DNA from: Streptobacillus moniliformis DSM 12112
GTDB lineage: Bacteria > Fusobacteriota > Fusobacteriia > Fusobacteriales > Leptotrichiaceae
NCBI RefSeq assembly: GCF_000024565.1
Contig: NC_013515.1
Coordinates: 786,497 to 850,496, forward strand
DNA length: 64,000 nt
Reading direction: 5' to 3'
This document shows positions 19,537 through 28,491 of the stretch, piece after piece. The first letter of the stretch is position 1; each line of letters begins with the position of its first letter. Under the pieces are notes generated by a model. The model had not been told where the DNA came from. It made no database searches and worked only from the letters and a program-made list of their open reading frames with translations. The position numbers and the translations under genes were made by a program.

Positions 19537-20106
19537 TTATTCACCTTTTTTTATTAATTCGTTTCTTAATAAAATAGTATTGGGATGTATAATTGAATTT
19601 TTACTAATTAAATGGTTTAATTTAAAATTAATTTCCATAAGTATAGCAGAGTCTAAGTTTTTAAGTGATTCTTTTCTAATAAGCTCAACATTTGGATAAT
19701 CTCTACCATCTTCAATTGCATCAGCAAGATATACTATTTTATCTATTAAAGTCATGTTTTTTCTACCTATAGTATGATACCTTAAAGAATCAAGTATTAA
19801 CTCATTTGTAATATTAAATCTTTTTTTTGCATAAGCAGCAGCAGCAAAACCATGTAATATTTGATTAATTTTAAATCCATCTTCAAATATATTTTTATAT
19901 TTATCTTCAATAATAGAGTATGCCTCTTCATCATCAAAATATTTAGCTATATCATGCAATAAAGCACCAACTTCAACAATGTCAGTTGGTGCATTATATA
20001 TTTTTGCAAGTTCTATAGCTTTATTTCTAACTCTAATAATATGATTATATCTTTTTTCAGTTACTAATTTTTTTAATTCTTCATGAATTTCATTTAAATT
20101 ATACAT
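19537..20106 (-). CDS. HD-domain hydrolase, YqeK-like (bis(5'-nucleosyl)-tetraphosphatase family)
   Basis: RYNHIIRVRNKAIELA...GALLHDIAKY HD motif. 189 aa. Confidence 0.7.
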   Translation of the reverse strand: MYNLNEIHEELKKLVTEKRYNHIIRVRNKAIELAKIYNAPTDIVEVGALLHDIAKYFDDEEAYSIIEDKYKNIFEDGFKINQILHGFAAAAYAKKRFNITNELILDSLRYHTIGRKNMTLIDKIVYLADAIEDGRDYPNVELIRKESLKNLDSAILMEINFKLNHLISKNSIIHPNTILLRNELIKKGE

Positions 20107-20115
20107 AAGTTCTCC

Positions 20116-20574
20116 TTAATTTGTATCTATTTCAACATTTATTTCATGATATTCTTTAAAATTTTCTCTTAATGTATATTTAACAGAATTAACAAAGTCT
20201 TTTATTGATTCATTATTTAATTTACTAAAGTAGTTGTTTAACTTTATTATTAATATACTTTTACCTTCATACTTAAGTGAATATTCTGCTAAAAATTTAT
20301 AATTATCATTTAATTTATAGAAACTAGAATTTTTAATAACTGCATTAACATAATCACCTTCATCAATAATATTTAAATCAGCTTCAATCTCTAAATGTTT
20401 GTATTCTTTAGATTTTTTATCATAAATATATATATCTAAGTATTTTGTTTCTCCATTTATATTACTTTCACTAGATATAATAGGGTTGTTTATTTTATAA
20501 TTTACATATAAATATGAGATAATGCTAAATATTGATAGACTTAATAGTACAATTAATAATTTATTTTTTTTCAT
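20116..20574 (-). CDS. Hypothetical membrane-anchored/secreted protein
   Basis: N-terminal signal/anchor MKKNKLLIVLLSLSIFSIISYLYV. No recognisable domain. Translationally coupled to the amidase gene. Confidence 0.4.
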   Translation of the reverse strand: MKKNKLLIVLLSLSIFSIISYLYVNYKINNPIISSESNINGETKYLDIYIYDKKSKEYKHLEIEADLNIIDEGDYVNAVIKNSSFYKLNDNYKFLAEYSLKYEGKSILIIKLNNYFSKLNNESIKDFVNSVKYTLRENFKEYHEINVEIDTN

Positions 20575-20577
20575 ATA

Positions 20578-21645
20578 TTACTCCTCAAAATTTTCTCTTA
20601 TTGCATCAGCTATAGCATTTACAGCTATCATTTGTCCAGTTTCACTAGCTAATTTTGCATTATCTGATTCATTAGAAATAAATCCTAATTCTATTAAAAT
20701 AGAAGCTGATTCACTTCCACGTAAAACTGCAAAGTTAGCTCCGAATACTCCTCTTTTTCTAAAATTCATTTGTTTAGAGTAGTTATCAAGTATAACTCTA
20801 GCTAAATTAGCACTTTTTTCTTTAGTTCTATTAACAAAAAAATCACCTAAAATTTGATTTATTATACTTACTTTCTTAGCCTGTACTTCATCATATTTTT
20901 CTTCTGATTCAATTAATTTTGAAGTATATGGATTAGTTTCTTTTGAAAAATAGAATATTTCAGCACCATTAGCATTATCATTAGTAGCAGCATTTAAATG
21001 TATACTTACAAATAAATCAGCGAAGTTGTTATTTCCTATTGCAGGTCTTTCACTAAGACTAATAAAAGTATCATCACTTCTTGTTAAAATAACTTTATGA
21101 TCTCTTTTTAAATTTCTAGCAAGTTTATGAGTAATTTCTAAAGCTATTTCTTTTTCTAATTTTCCATGACCTCTAGCTCCAGAATCGTGCCCCCCATGTC
21201 CAGCATCTAAAACTATAACCAATTGTTTTTTTGTTAAAGGACTAATTTTTTTAGGAACATCAACTTTTACTTTTTTAATTCTTATTTCATCATCAGAATA
21301 TGTGATTTCTGAACTATATCCATATTGAGAATATGTATAAATACCTGCTAGATCTTTAGTAATTTCATCTATTATTATATATTTATAGAACTCATCATTG
21401 ATATTAATTTGATTTAAAACTTCTTCTGATATTTTTGTATTTTTTAAATTAATTTCAGAAACATTATAATGGATATTATTAGATGTAATTTTAGTTTTAT
21501 TGATAATGGGTTTTGTAATTTTAGAATCAAATTTAATAATAAATTCACCATTTTGATATCTTACATCTTCTAATATTACAGAAAATGTTAAAGTAGAGAA
21601 ACATATAGTTAAAAGAAGTAGTATTTTTTTTAATTTACTCAACAT
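20578..21645 (-). CDS. N-acetylmuramoyl-L-alanine amidase (Amidase_3, AmiC/CwlD-like) with N-terminal signal and AMIN-like region
   Basis: LVIVLDAGHGGHDSGARG...LFVSIHLNAA...GAEIFYFS Zn-amidase motifs. Confidence 0.9.
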   Translation of the reverse strand: MLSKLKKILLLLTICFSTLTFSVILEDVRYQNGEFIIKFDSKITKPIINKTKITSNNIHYNVSEINLKNTKISEEVLNQININDEFYKYIIIDEITKDLAGIYTYSQYGYSSEITYSDDEIRIKKVKVDVPKKISPLTKKQLVIVLDAGHGGHDSGARGHGKLEKEIALEITHKLARNLKRDHKVILTRSDDTFISLSERPAIGNNNFADLFVSIHLNAATNDNANGAEIFYFSKETNPYTSKLIESEEKYDEVQAKKVSIINQILGDFFVNRTKEKSANLARVILDNYSKQMNFRKRGVFGANFAVLRGSESASILIELGFISNESDNAKLASETGQMIAVNAIADAIRENFEE

Positions 21646-21654
21646 AAAAACTCC

Positions 21655-21915
21655 TTATTTTATTATATGTGAAATAGCTCTTTTTGTAATAGTAAGTCTA
21701 GTATTTTGATCTACTTTTATTTCAACAGTTTCATCATTAATTTTAGTTATATTACCAATAATACCTCCAATTGTCATAATTTTTTGACCTATATTTAAAC
21801 TATTCATCATTTCATCAAATTTTTTTCTTTTTTTATTATTATTGTAATATAATATTCCTAAAAGAGGTATAAATATTACAGCATAAATTACTAATATTGT
21901 AGTTGTAGAATACAT
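21655..21915 (-). CDS. yajC: Preprotein translocase subunit YajC
   Basis: Single TM followed by the conserved LNIGQKIMTIGGIIGNITKI motif. 86 aa. Confidence 0.88.
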   Translation of the reverse strand: MYSTTTILVIYAVIFIPLLGILYYNNNKKRKKFDEMMNSLNIGQKIMTIGGIIGNITKINDETVEIKVDQNTRLTITKRAISHIIK

Positions 21916-22033
21916 TATTTTCTCCCTTCAAATTCATAATTTAATTATATCATATAAAAATTTAAAAATCTATAAAGAAATAACTAGACAAATATTAGAA
22001 TTTCCTTTATTATATGGTGAAGGAAGGTGTATC

Positions 22034-22687
22034 ATGAAAATAAATGTTGAAAAACAAAAAGAGATTGAATTAATTTATAGTTCTATATTAAATAAAATAG
22101 AAAATGCTATTGAAGGTTATGCAAATACTATAAATTATGAAGAAAAAGATTATTTTGCAGAAATTGCATTTTGTATTTTAACTCCACAAAGTAAAGCTAA
22201 AAATGCTTGGTCAGCAATAGAAAAATTAAAAGAAAACAACTTATTATATGTTGGTGAAGAAAAAGATATTGTTGAATACTTAAATGTTGTAAGATTTAAA
22301 AATAATAAGGCTAGATATCTTGTAGAACTTAGAAATCTTATGACTAGAAATGGAAAATTAGATAGTAAAAACATATTAGCTGAAATTGAAGGGGTAAAAG
22401 AAAAAAGAGATTGGATATTAAATAATGTAAAGGGTATGGGATTAAAAGAAGCTGCACATGTTTTAAGAAATTTAGGATATGGAAGATATCTAGCAATATT
22501 AGACAGACATGTTTTAAAAAATTTGAAAGAACTTGGAGTAATAGAAGAAATTCCTGCTAGCCTTACAAAGAAAAAATATTTTGAGATTGAAAAATTAATG
22601 GAAGAATATTCAAAACAAGTAAACATTTCAATGGATGCTTTAGATTTAGTTTTTTGGTATCAACAAGCAGGAGATGTATTTAAATAA
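22034..22687 (+). CDS. ogg: 8-oxoguanine DNA glycosylase/AP lyase, archaeal/clostridial Ogg2-type (HhH-GPD)
   Basis: ~210 aa. HhH region VKGMGLKEAAHVLRNLGYGRYLAILDRHVL resembles Ogg2 (C. acetobutylicum/M. jannaschii type). Confidence 0.7.
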   Translation: MKINVEKQKEIELIYSSILNKIENAIEGYANTINYEEKDYFAEIAFCILTPQSKAKNAWSAIEKLKENNLLYVGEEKDIVEYLNVVRFKNNKARYLVELRNLMTRNGKLDSKNILAEIEGVKEKRDWILNNVKGMGLKEAAHVLRNLGYGRYLAILDRHVLKNLKELGVIEEIPASLTKKKYFEIEKLMEEYSKQVNISMDALDLVFWYQQAGDVFK

Positions 22688-22693
22688 AGTATT

Positions 22694-22719
22694 AAAACGG
22701 CATGATCGCCGTTTTTTTA
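22694..22719 (+). terminator. Rho-independent terminator after ogg
   Basis: AAACGGC-atgatc-GCCGTTT followed by TTTTTT. Confidence 0.75.
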
Positions 22720-22747
22720 TTTATTCATATTAAGATTACATAGTCCA

Positions 22748-22768
22748 TTTTGGAATAGCTATTCTAAA
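22748..22768. promoter_or_regulatory. Near-perfect 21-bp dyad (TTTGGAATAGCTATTCTAAAA), candidate operator upstream of the yeeE-tusA operon promoter
   Basis: Perfect 12-bp palindrome GAATAGCTATTC (22753-22764) centred ~35 bp upstream of the -35 element. Confidence 0.4.
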
Positions 22769-22775
22769 ATCGAGC

Positions 22776-22804
22776 TTGTTAAAAAATTATTTTGAGAGTA
22801 TATT
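22776..22804 (+). promoter_or_regulatory. Putative sigma70 promoter of the yeeE-tusA cluster
   Basis: -35 TTGTTA, 17-nt spacer, -10 TATATT. ~40-nt leader with GAGGAGG RBS. Confidence 0.45.
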
Positions 22805-22845
22805 ATTTTTGTAACATAAATATATACAAGTGAGAGGAGGATAAA

Positions 22846-23493
22846 ATGGAAGATAGAAAAAATAGAAGAAAAGAAAAACCATCACAAATTCCATATGCAT
22901 TAATTTTAGTTATATGTTTAGTAGGATTTGGTTTTTATTTAAAAGAACCAAAATTAGTAGCATATTGGATATTTGGTGTATCTTTTGGAATAATACTTCA
23001 AAGATCAAGATTCTGTTTTACAGCTGCATTTAGAGATCCTGTATTAACAGGAGGAACATCTATAACTAGATCAGTATTATGGGCAATTTCATTAGCTACA
23101 GTTGGATTTACAGCTTATAAATATGTAAATCAAGAAAATGCTAAAATATTAATGACTAATGTTAATGCTGTTTCTATTTTAACTGTTGTTGGAGCTATTT
23201 TATTTGGAATTGGAATGGTAATAGCAGGAGGATGTGCTTCAGGAACATTAATGAGATGTGGGGAAGGCTTCCAAATGCAATGGTTATCTTTAGTATTTTT
23301 CATATTTGGATCAATAGTAGGTTCTTGGGCTATGAACTATTTAGAACCAGCAACAGCAGCTATGTCTATTAAGTTATTCTTGCCAGATTTATTTGGTTGG
23401 GTAGGAGCTTTAGTAGTTCAGTTTATAATAATATTAAGTATTTATGTAATCGCCTTAAAATGGCAACTTAAAAAAATTGGAAGTTATGAATAA
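22846..23493 (+). CDS. YeeE/YedE family sulfur/selenium-compound transporter, N-terminal half-protein
   Basis: Hydrophobic 215-aa protein with conserved SRFCFTAAF and AGGCASGTLMRCGEG motifs of the YeeE/YedE (TsuA) family. Confidence 0.8.
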   Translation: MEDRKNRRKEKPSQIPYALILVICLVGFGFYLKEPKLVAYWIFGVSFGIILQRSRFCFTAAFRDPVLTGGTSITRSVLWAISLATVGFTAYKYVNQENAKILMTNVNAVSILTVVGAILFGIGMVIAGGCASGTLMRCGEGFQMQWLSLVFFIFGSIVGSWAMNYLEPATAAMSIKLFLPDLFGWVGALVVQFIIILSIYVIALKWQLKKIGSYE

Positions 23494-23519
23494 AAAACAA
23501 TAGAAAGAGGGAATTTAAT

Positions 23520-23750
23520 ATGGCAAAAGAATTTACATTAGATTGTTTAGGTGAGGCTTGTCCTGTACCTTTAATTAGAACTCAAGGGAAAATGGAAGAA
23601 TTAGAAATAGGAGATGTATTAGTAGTTAGTATAGATCATTCTTGTGCAATGAAAAACATTCCAGAATGGGCAAGAAAAGTAGGACATAATGTTGAGATAG
23701 AAGAAATTGATGATGGGGAATGGGAATTAATTATTGAAAAATTAGTATAG
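23520..23750 (+). CDS. TusA-like sulfurtransferase (SirA/YedF/YeeD family)
   Basis: 76 aa. CPxP active-site motif (LDCLGEACPVPLI). Confidence 0.88.
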   Translation: MAKEFTLDCLGEACPVPLIRTQGKMEELEIGDVLVVSIDHSCAMKNIPEWARKVGHNVEIEEIDDGEWELIIEKLV

Positions 23751-23758
23751 GAGGAAAT

Positions 23759-24310
23759 ATGCAAGCATACTTTAAAAAAATACAAAAAAATCCTATATAT
23801 AAAAGAATAATGAAAGATCCTTTATCATATAATACAGGGGCAACTTTACTTGCAGTATTTGCTATAGCTCACTTTATATTTTTTAATAGTACATGGGGAG
23901 TTACATCAACATTTGCAGTATGGGGAGCAAAAATTATTAAAATTTTTGGACTAACTCCAGAAAATTGGGTATATTTTCAAACACATGCTTCTCAAGGTAA
24001 ATCAATTTTAACTCCACTTTTACAAGATGGTGGATCAATACGTAATATAGGAATAATACTTGGAGCAACACTTGCTACTTTATTTGCTTCAGAATTTAGA
24101 ATTAAAAAAATTAAAAACAAGAAACAAGTTGTAGCAGGAATATTAGGTGGTTTCTTAATGGGATTTGGTTCAAGATTAGCATTAGGATGTAATATAGGGG
24201 CTTTATTTTCAGCTACAGCAGCATTATCACTTTCAGGATGGATATTTGCACTGTTCTTATTAGTTGGTGCAATTATAGGAAGTAAACTATTAGTGAAAGT
24301 ATTTATGTAG
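23759..24310 (+). CDS. YeeE/YedE family transporter, C-terminal half-protein
   Basis: 183 aa, hydrophobic. GFGSRLALGCNIGALFSATA motif, the second YeeE repeat. GGAGGA RBS. Confidence 0.78.
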   Translation: MQAYFKKIQKNPIYKRIMKDPLSYNTGATLLAVFAIAHFIFFNSTWGVTSTFAVWGAKIIKIFGLTPENWVYFQTHASQGKSILTPLLQDGGSIRNIGIILGATLATLFASEFRIKKIKNKKQVVAGILGGFLMGFGSRLALGCNIGALFSATAALSLSGWIFALFLLVGAIIGSKLLVKVFM

Positions 24311-24318
24311 GTATTATT

Positions 24319-25503
24319 ATGGAAAAAAAGAGAGAAAGATATGATGTATTAATAATAGGTGGGGGAAGTTCTGGTTTAACTGCTGGTATTTATTGTGGAA
24401 GAGCAAAATTAAAAACATTAGTATTTGAAAAAACTTTAGTTGGAGGGTTAGCAACATATACAAGTGATATAGCTAACTATCCAGGATTTCCTGATGGAAT
24501 AGGTGGAACTGAATTAATGAATTTATTTCATAAGCAAGCTAAAAACTTTGATGTTAAATTTAAATTAACTGATGTTAAATCAGTAAAATTAGATACTGAA
24601 ATTAAAGAAGTTGAAACATTTAGAGTTATTTATGAAGCACCTGTAGTTATTATTGCTGGTGGTGGTTATCCTAGATTAACTGGAGCACTTAATGAAGATT
24701 TATTCTTATACGATAAAGGAATTTCGTTTTGTGCAACATGTGATGCTGCTGCAAACACTGATAAAACTGTAATGGTAGTTGGTTCAGGAGATTCTGCCAT
24801 AGAAGAGGGGATATTCTTAACTAAATTTGCTAAAAAAGTAATAGTTTCAGTTGTTCACGATGAAGGAATAATGGATTGTAACGAAATTGCAAAAGCAGAA
24901 GCTTTAGCTAATCCAAAAATGGAATTTATATGGAATAGTATGGTTAAGGAGTATAAAGGTAATGAAAAATTAGAAACAGTTATTTTAAAAAATACAAAAA
25001 CTGGAGAAGAGATTCCAGTAGATGTTGATACATGTTTCTTATTTATTGGATATTTACCAAATACTTCTTTATACAAGGAAATATTAGATTTATCTACAAA
25101 AGGATATATAGTTACTAATGAAAAAATGGAAACTAATATTGAAGGTGTATTTGCTGCTGGAGATATAAGAGAAAAATATTTAAAACAAGTATCAACAGCT
25201 GTAGGAGATGGAGCAATAGCTGGATATAATGCAGAAAAATTCATTAGTGAAACTAATACATTTAATAATCAAATTTTAAATGATGGTAAAGAAACACTAG
25301 TATATCTATATGATTCAAGTGATATAAAAATGTTGGACTTTTTACCAAAAGTAGAGGAACATTCAAAATCTATTAATCATGAATTAGTAAAAGTAGATAT
25401 ATATAAGAGTAAATTTATATCTAATAAATTAAATATAAAAGAATTTCCTGCTTTAGTATATCTAAAAGATAAGAAAGTCGTAAAAATAAAATATGAATTA
25501 TAA
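24319..25503 (+). CDS. Thioredoxin-reductase-like FAD/NAD(P) disulfide oxidoreductase fused to a C-terminal cysteine-less thioredoxin-fold-like domain
   Basis: VLIIGGGSSGLTAGIY (FAD), CATCDAAA redox dithiol, VMVVGSGDSAIEEGIF (NAD(P)H), GDIRE. ~80-aa C-terminal extension (25261-25503) with a beta-alpha-beta profile and no Cys. Confidence 0.8.
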   Translation: MEKKRERYDVLIIGGGSSGLTAGIYCGRAKLKTLVFEKTLVGGLATYTSDIANYPGFPDGIGGTELMNLFHKQAKNFDVKFKLTDVKSVKLDTEIKEVETFRVIYEAPVVIIAGGGYPRLTGALNEDLFLYDKGISFCATCDAAANTDKTVMVVGSGDSAIEEGIFLTKFAKKVIVSVVHDEGIMDCNEIAKAEALANPKMEFIWNSMVKEYKGNEKLETVILKNTKTGEEIPVDVDTCFLFIGYLPNTSLYKEILDLSTKGYIVTNEKMETNIEGVFAAGDIREKYLKQVSTAVGDGAIAGYNAEKFISETNTFNNQILNDGKETLVYLYDSSDIKMLDFLPKVEEHSKSINHELVKVDIYKSKFISNKLNIKEFPALVYLKDKKVVKIKYEL

Positions 25504-25506
25504 TAA

Positions 25507-25534
25507 AAAACTGAGTTAGTTCTCAGTTTTTTTT
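25507..25534 (+). terminator. Rho-independent terminator after the TrxR-like gene
   Basis: CTGAG-ttagtt-CTCAG followed by T8. Confidence 0.7.
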
Positions 25535-25582
25535 ATTGAAGATAAAAATCTTTTTTGATATAATTTATTTAGGAGGATAAAT

Positions 25583-25795
25583 ATGATAGAAGAATGTTTT
25601 GGTGAAATTTGCCCAATTCCTTTTTTGAAATTTGAAAAAATTTTTAAAGAAATAAATACTGGTGAAAATTTTACTATTATTGTTGATCATAGTTGTGCTA
25701 AAGTAAAAATTGAAAATTTTTGTAAAAATAAAAATATAAGGTTTAAAATTTTTGAGCCAATAAATGGTATATGGGAAATAACAGTTTGGAAGTAA
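25583..25795 (+). CDS. Second TusA-like small sulfur-carrier protein
   Basis: 70 aa. CPxP motif (CFGEICPIPFL). Strong RBS TTAGGAGGATAAAT-ATG. The antisense 80-aa ORF at 25565..25807 is spurious. Confidence 0.75.
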   Translation: MIEECFGEICPIPFLKFEKIFKEINTGENFTIIVDHSCAKVKIENFCKNKNIRFKIFEPINGIWEITVWK

Positions 25796-25828
25796 AAAGA
25801 TAGTCATCTATTAAAAATGACTATCTTT
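25793..25828. terminator. Bidirectional terminator between the tusA-like gene (+) and the LysR gene (-)
   Basis: Perfect 12-bp stem AAAGATAGTCAT / ATGACTATCTTT with flanking A/T runs. Confidence 0.8.
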
Positions 25829-26713
25829 TTAACATATTGTATCGAGAATAAATTTTTCAATATAATCTATAACTTCTTTATGTTTTTTACTGTTTTCAAA
25901 TCTACGTGCAATAAATATCTCTTTTATTATATTAATATCTTTTATTTCAATACATTTCAATTCTTTTCTATAAATTTCAGTTTTAACTGAAGAATAAGGT
26001 AAAAAAGCTAAGAAATTAGATTGACTAATAGACTTTTTTATAGCTTCTATAGATTCAAGTTGAGTTATAATATTTAAATCTGAATAATTTGGTATAACTT
26101 CTTCAATGGCTTCATTAATTGTATCATCACCTATATATTCAACATATCTAAATTTAGATAAATCTGATAACTGAATTTTAGATAGCTTATTTTTATTAGA
26201 AGCAACTAATATAATATTTTCGTCATATGCTTTTGTATATTTTATCTTCCAAAATTCACAATTTTGGCAATTTGAAACAAAACCTATATCAACAATACCA
26301 TCTGCAATATCAGAAACAATTTTAGATGAACTGTTTTTCAATGATAATGGGAATTTCATATTTTTAAATTTATCACTCAAATTATATAAAACACACGGAA
26401 GAGAGTAGTTGGCTACAGAAGGTACAGCAACTATTTTTAATTTCTTCACATTATCTTTAAAGTCTTTAATTTCTTTTCTCATTTCATTATCAATATCAAT
26501 TAACTTTTTAAAATAATTATAAGCGATTTGACCTTCTTTTGTTAATCCAACACCTTTATTTGTTCTATTTAATAATTTTGTGCCAAGATCTATTTCTAAT
26601 TTATTTATTATTTTTGAAAGAGCTGATTGAGTGATAAAAAGCTTAGTAGCCGTTTTAGAAATGGTCCCATATTCAATTAATTTGGTAAAAGCCTTTATAT
26701 TATTTATATCCAT
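25829..26713 (-). CDS. LysR-family transcriptional regulator
   Basis: N-terminal HTH (IKAFTKLIEYGTISKTATKLFITQSALSKIINKLEIDLGTKLLNR) with a substrate-binding domain. Lies 8 nt downstream of the ABC-F gene and is probably co-transcribed with it. Confidence 0.88.
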   Translation of the reverse strand: MDINNIKAFTKLIEYGTISKTATKLFITQSALSKIINKLEIDLGTKLLNRTNKGVGLTKEGQIAYNYFKKLIDIDNEMRKEIKDFKDNVKKLKIVAVPSVANYSLPCVLYNLSDKFKNMKFPLSLKNSSSKIVSDIADGIVDIGFVSNCQNCEFWKIKYTKAYDENIILVASNKNKLSKIQLSDLSKFRYVEYIGDDTINEAIEEVIPNYSDLNIITQLESIEAIKKSISQSNFLAFLPYSSVKTEIYRKELKCIEIKDINIIKEIFIARRFENSKKHKEVIDYIEKFILDTIC

Positions 26714-26721
26714 ATTATAAC

Positions 26722-28356
26722 CTATCTATATAAATTGCTTATATGTTCCTGCAATTCTTCATCTTCAATATATTCATCAAAACTCATTTCTTTGTAAATT
26801 AAACCTTTAGGAGTAATTTCTATTATTTTATTTGCAACTGTTTGAATAAATTCATGATCATGTGTTGTAAATAAAATAGTACCATTAAATCTTGTCAATC
26901 CTTTATTTAATGATGTTATTGATTCAAGATCTAAATGATCTGTAGGATTATCTAATAATAAGACATTTGCTCCTGATAACATCATTTTTGCTAGCATACA
27001 TCTAACTTTTTCTCCACCTGATAAAACCTTAGCTTCTTTTCTAGCTTCATCACCAGAAAATAGCATACGACCTAAAAATCCTCTAACATATTCTTCGTGT
27101 TGATCTTTAGAATATTGTCTTAACCAATCAATTAATGATAAATTAATATTTTCAAAATATTCTGAATTATCTTTAGGGAAATAGCTTTGAGTTGTTGTCA
27201 TTCCCCATTCAAAACTTCCACTATCAGCCTCTAATTCACCAGCTAATATTTGGAATAGAGTAGTTTTGGCTATATCATTTCTTGAAAGAATAGCGACTTT
27301 ATCATTAGTATTTATAGTAAAGCTTATATTATCTAAAACTAATTCACCATCAACCCTTTTAGATAGATTTTCAACTTTAAGCATATTATTTCCAGCTTCT
27401 CTTTCAGGTTTAAAGTCAATATATGGATATTTTCTATTCGAAACTTGCATATCTTCTAGTTGTAATTTATCTAATTGTTTTTTTCTGCTTGTAGCTTGTT
27501 TAGATTTAGAAGCATTTGCCGAGAATCTTACTATAAATTCTTGTAATTCTTTTCTTTTTTGCTCAATCTTTTTATTTTGATTTCTTAATAATTCTTGCAT
27601 TAATTGAGAAGATTCATACCAGAAGTTATAGTTCCCAACGAATAATTTGATTTTTCCATAATCTATATCAGCTATATGAGTACATACTTTATTTAAAAAA
27701 TGTCTATCATGTGAAACTATTAATACAGTAGTAGTTTCAAGATCCATAATAAAGTTTTCAAGCCAATTTACAGCTTTTAAATCAAGACCATTTGTAGGTT
27801 CATCAAGTAGTAGTATATCTGGATTTCCAAATAAACTTTGAGCAAGTAAAACCTTAACTTTTTCTGGTTCTGTAAGTTCTTTCATAAGCTTATAATGTAA
27901 ATCAGGAGAAACTCCCAATCCATTTAAAAGTTTTTCTGCATTAGTTTCAGCTTCCCAACCATCTAAATCAGCAAATTCACCTTCAAGTTCAGAAATTTTA
28001 ATTCCATCTTCATCAGTAAATTCTGTTTTTGAATATATTTCATTTCTTTCTTGCATAATTTTATAAAGTTTTTCATGTCCCATAATTACAACATCTAATA
28101 CCATACTTTCTTCAAAAGCAAAGTGATCTTGTTTTAGAAATGAAATTCTTTTATTTTTATCTATAATTATTTCTCCATTTGTTGAGTCAACTTCACCAGT
28201 TAAAACTTTCAAAAAAGTAGATTTTCCTGCACCATTAGCTCCAATTATTCCATAACAATTACCCTCAGTAAATTTTATATTTACATCTTCGAATAATTTT
28301 CTTCCTCCAAATTGGACTGTTAAATTACTTGTAGTTATCATATTATGTCCTTTCAA
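26722..28356 (-). CDS. ABC-F family ATPase (EttA/Uup/YbiT-like ribosome-associated factor)
   Basis: Two tandem ABC domains (GANGAGKSTFLKVL; LSGGEKVRCMLAKMML; second Walker A and signature), an inter-domain linker, and no TM segments. 544 aa. Confidence 0.9.
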   Translation of the reverse strand: MKGHNMITTSNLTVQFGGRKLFEDVNIKFTEGNCYGIIGANGAGKSTFLKVLTGEVDSTNGEIIIDKNKRISFLKQDHFAFEESMVLDVVIMGHEKLYKIMQERNEIYSKTEFTDEDGIKISELEGEFADLDGWEAETNAEKLLNGLGVSPDLHYKLMKELTEPEKVKVLLAQSLFGNPDILLLDEPTNGLDLKAVNWLENFIMDLETTTVLIVSHDRHFLNKVCTHIADIDYGKIKLFVGNYNFWYESSQLMQELLRNQNKKIEQKRKELQEFIVRFSANASKSKQATSRKKQLDKLQLEDMQVSNRKYPYIDFKPEREAGNNMLKVENLSKRVDGELVLDNISFTINTNDKVAILSRNDIAKTTLFQILAGELEADSGSFEWGMTTTQSYFPKDNSEYFENINLSLIDWLRQYSKDQHEEYVRGFLGRMLFSGDEARKEAKVLSGGEKVRCMLAKMMLSGANVLLLDNPTDHLDLESITSLNKGLTRFNGTILFTTHDHEFIQTVANKIIEITPKGLIYKEMSFDEYIEDEELQEHISNLYR

Positions 28357-28491
28357 ATATCTATTTAATTACTTTAATTATATCAAAAAACATGTTTTTT
28401 TTCAAATTTTAAATATATGTAAAAAGGTTGCTTTTATTTATTTAATTATAGTATAATAATATTACATATTAAGTAAAAAGAGGTGATTAAA

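Noticed and set aside
19208-19699. 163-aa plus-strand ORF, and other antisense ORFs (518..709, 3055..3276, 6204..6509, 6532..6876, 10084..10443, 12038..12337, 15005..15205, 16695..17111, 20522..20782, 22150..22626, 24855..25244, 25565..25807, 27266..27580, 28580..28789, 31987..32256, 36638..36829, 38077..38265, 39974..40255, 40826..41020, 43631..43960, 45135..45344, 47724..47924, 50031..50387, 52071..52301, 53772..53987, 54212..54412, 56027..56287, 59895..60179, 63401..63589).
   Set aside because: All lie antisense to, or frame-shifted within, strongly supported genes. Their compositions are low-complexity (L/F/S/I-rich), as expected for an AT-rich reverse strand. None has an RBS or a recognisable motif.
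25829-26713. LysR regulator as the dedicated regulator of the YeeE/TusA cluster.
   Set aside because: It is convergent to the cluster, separated by a bidirectional terminator, and lies 8 nt downstream of the ABC-F gene. It is therefore more likely co-transcribed with that gene. Linkage to the sulfur cluster is not supported by the sequence.
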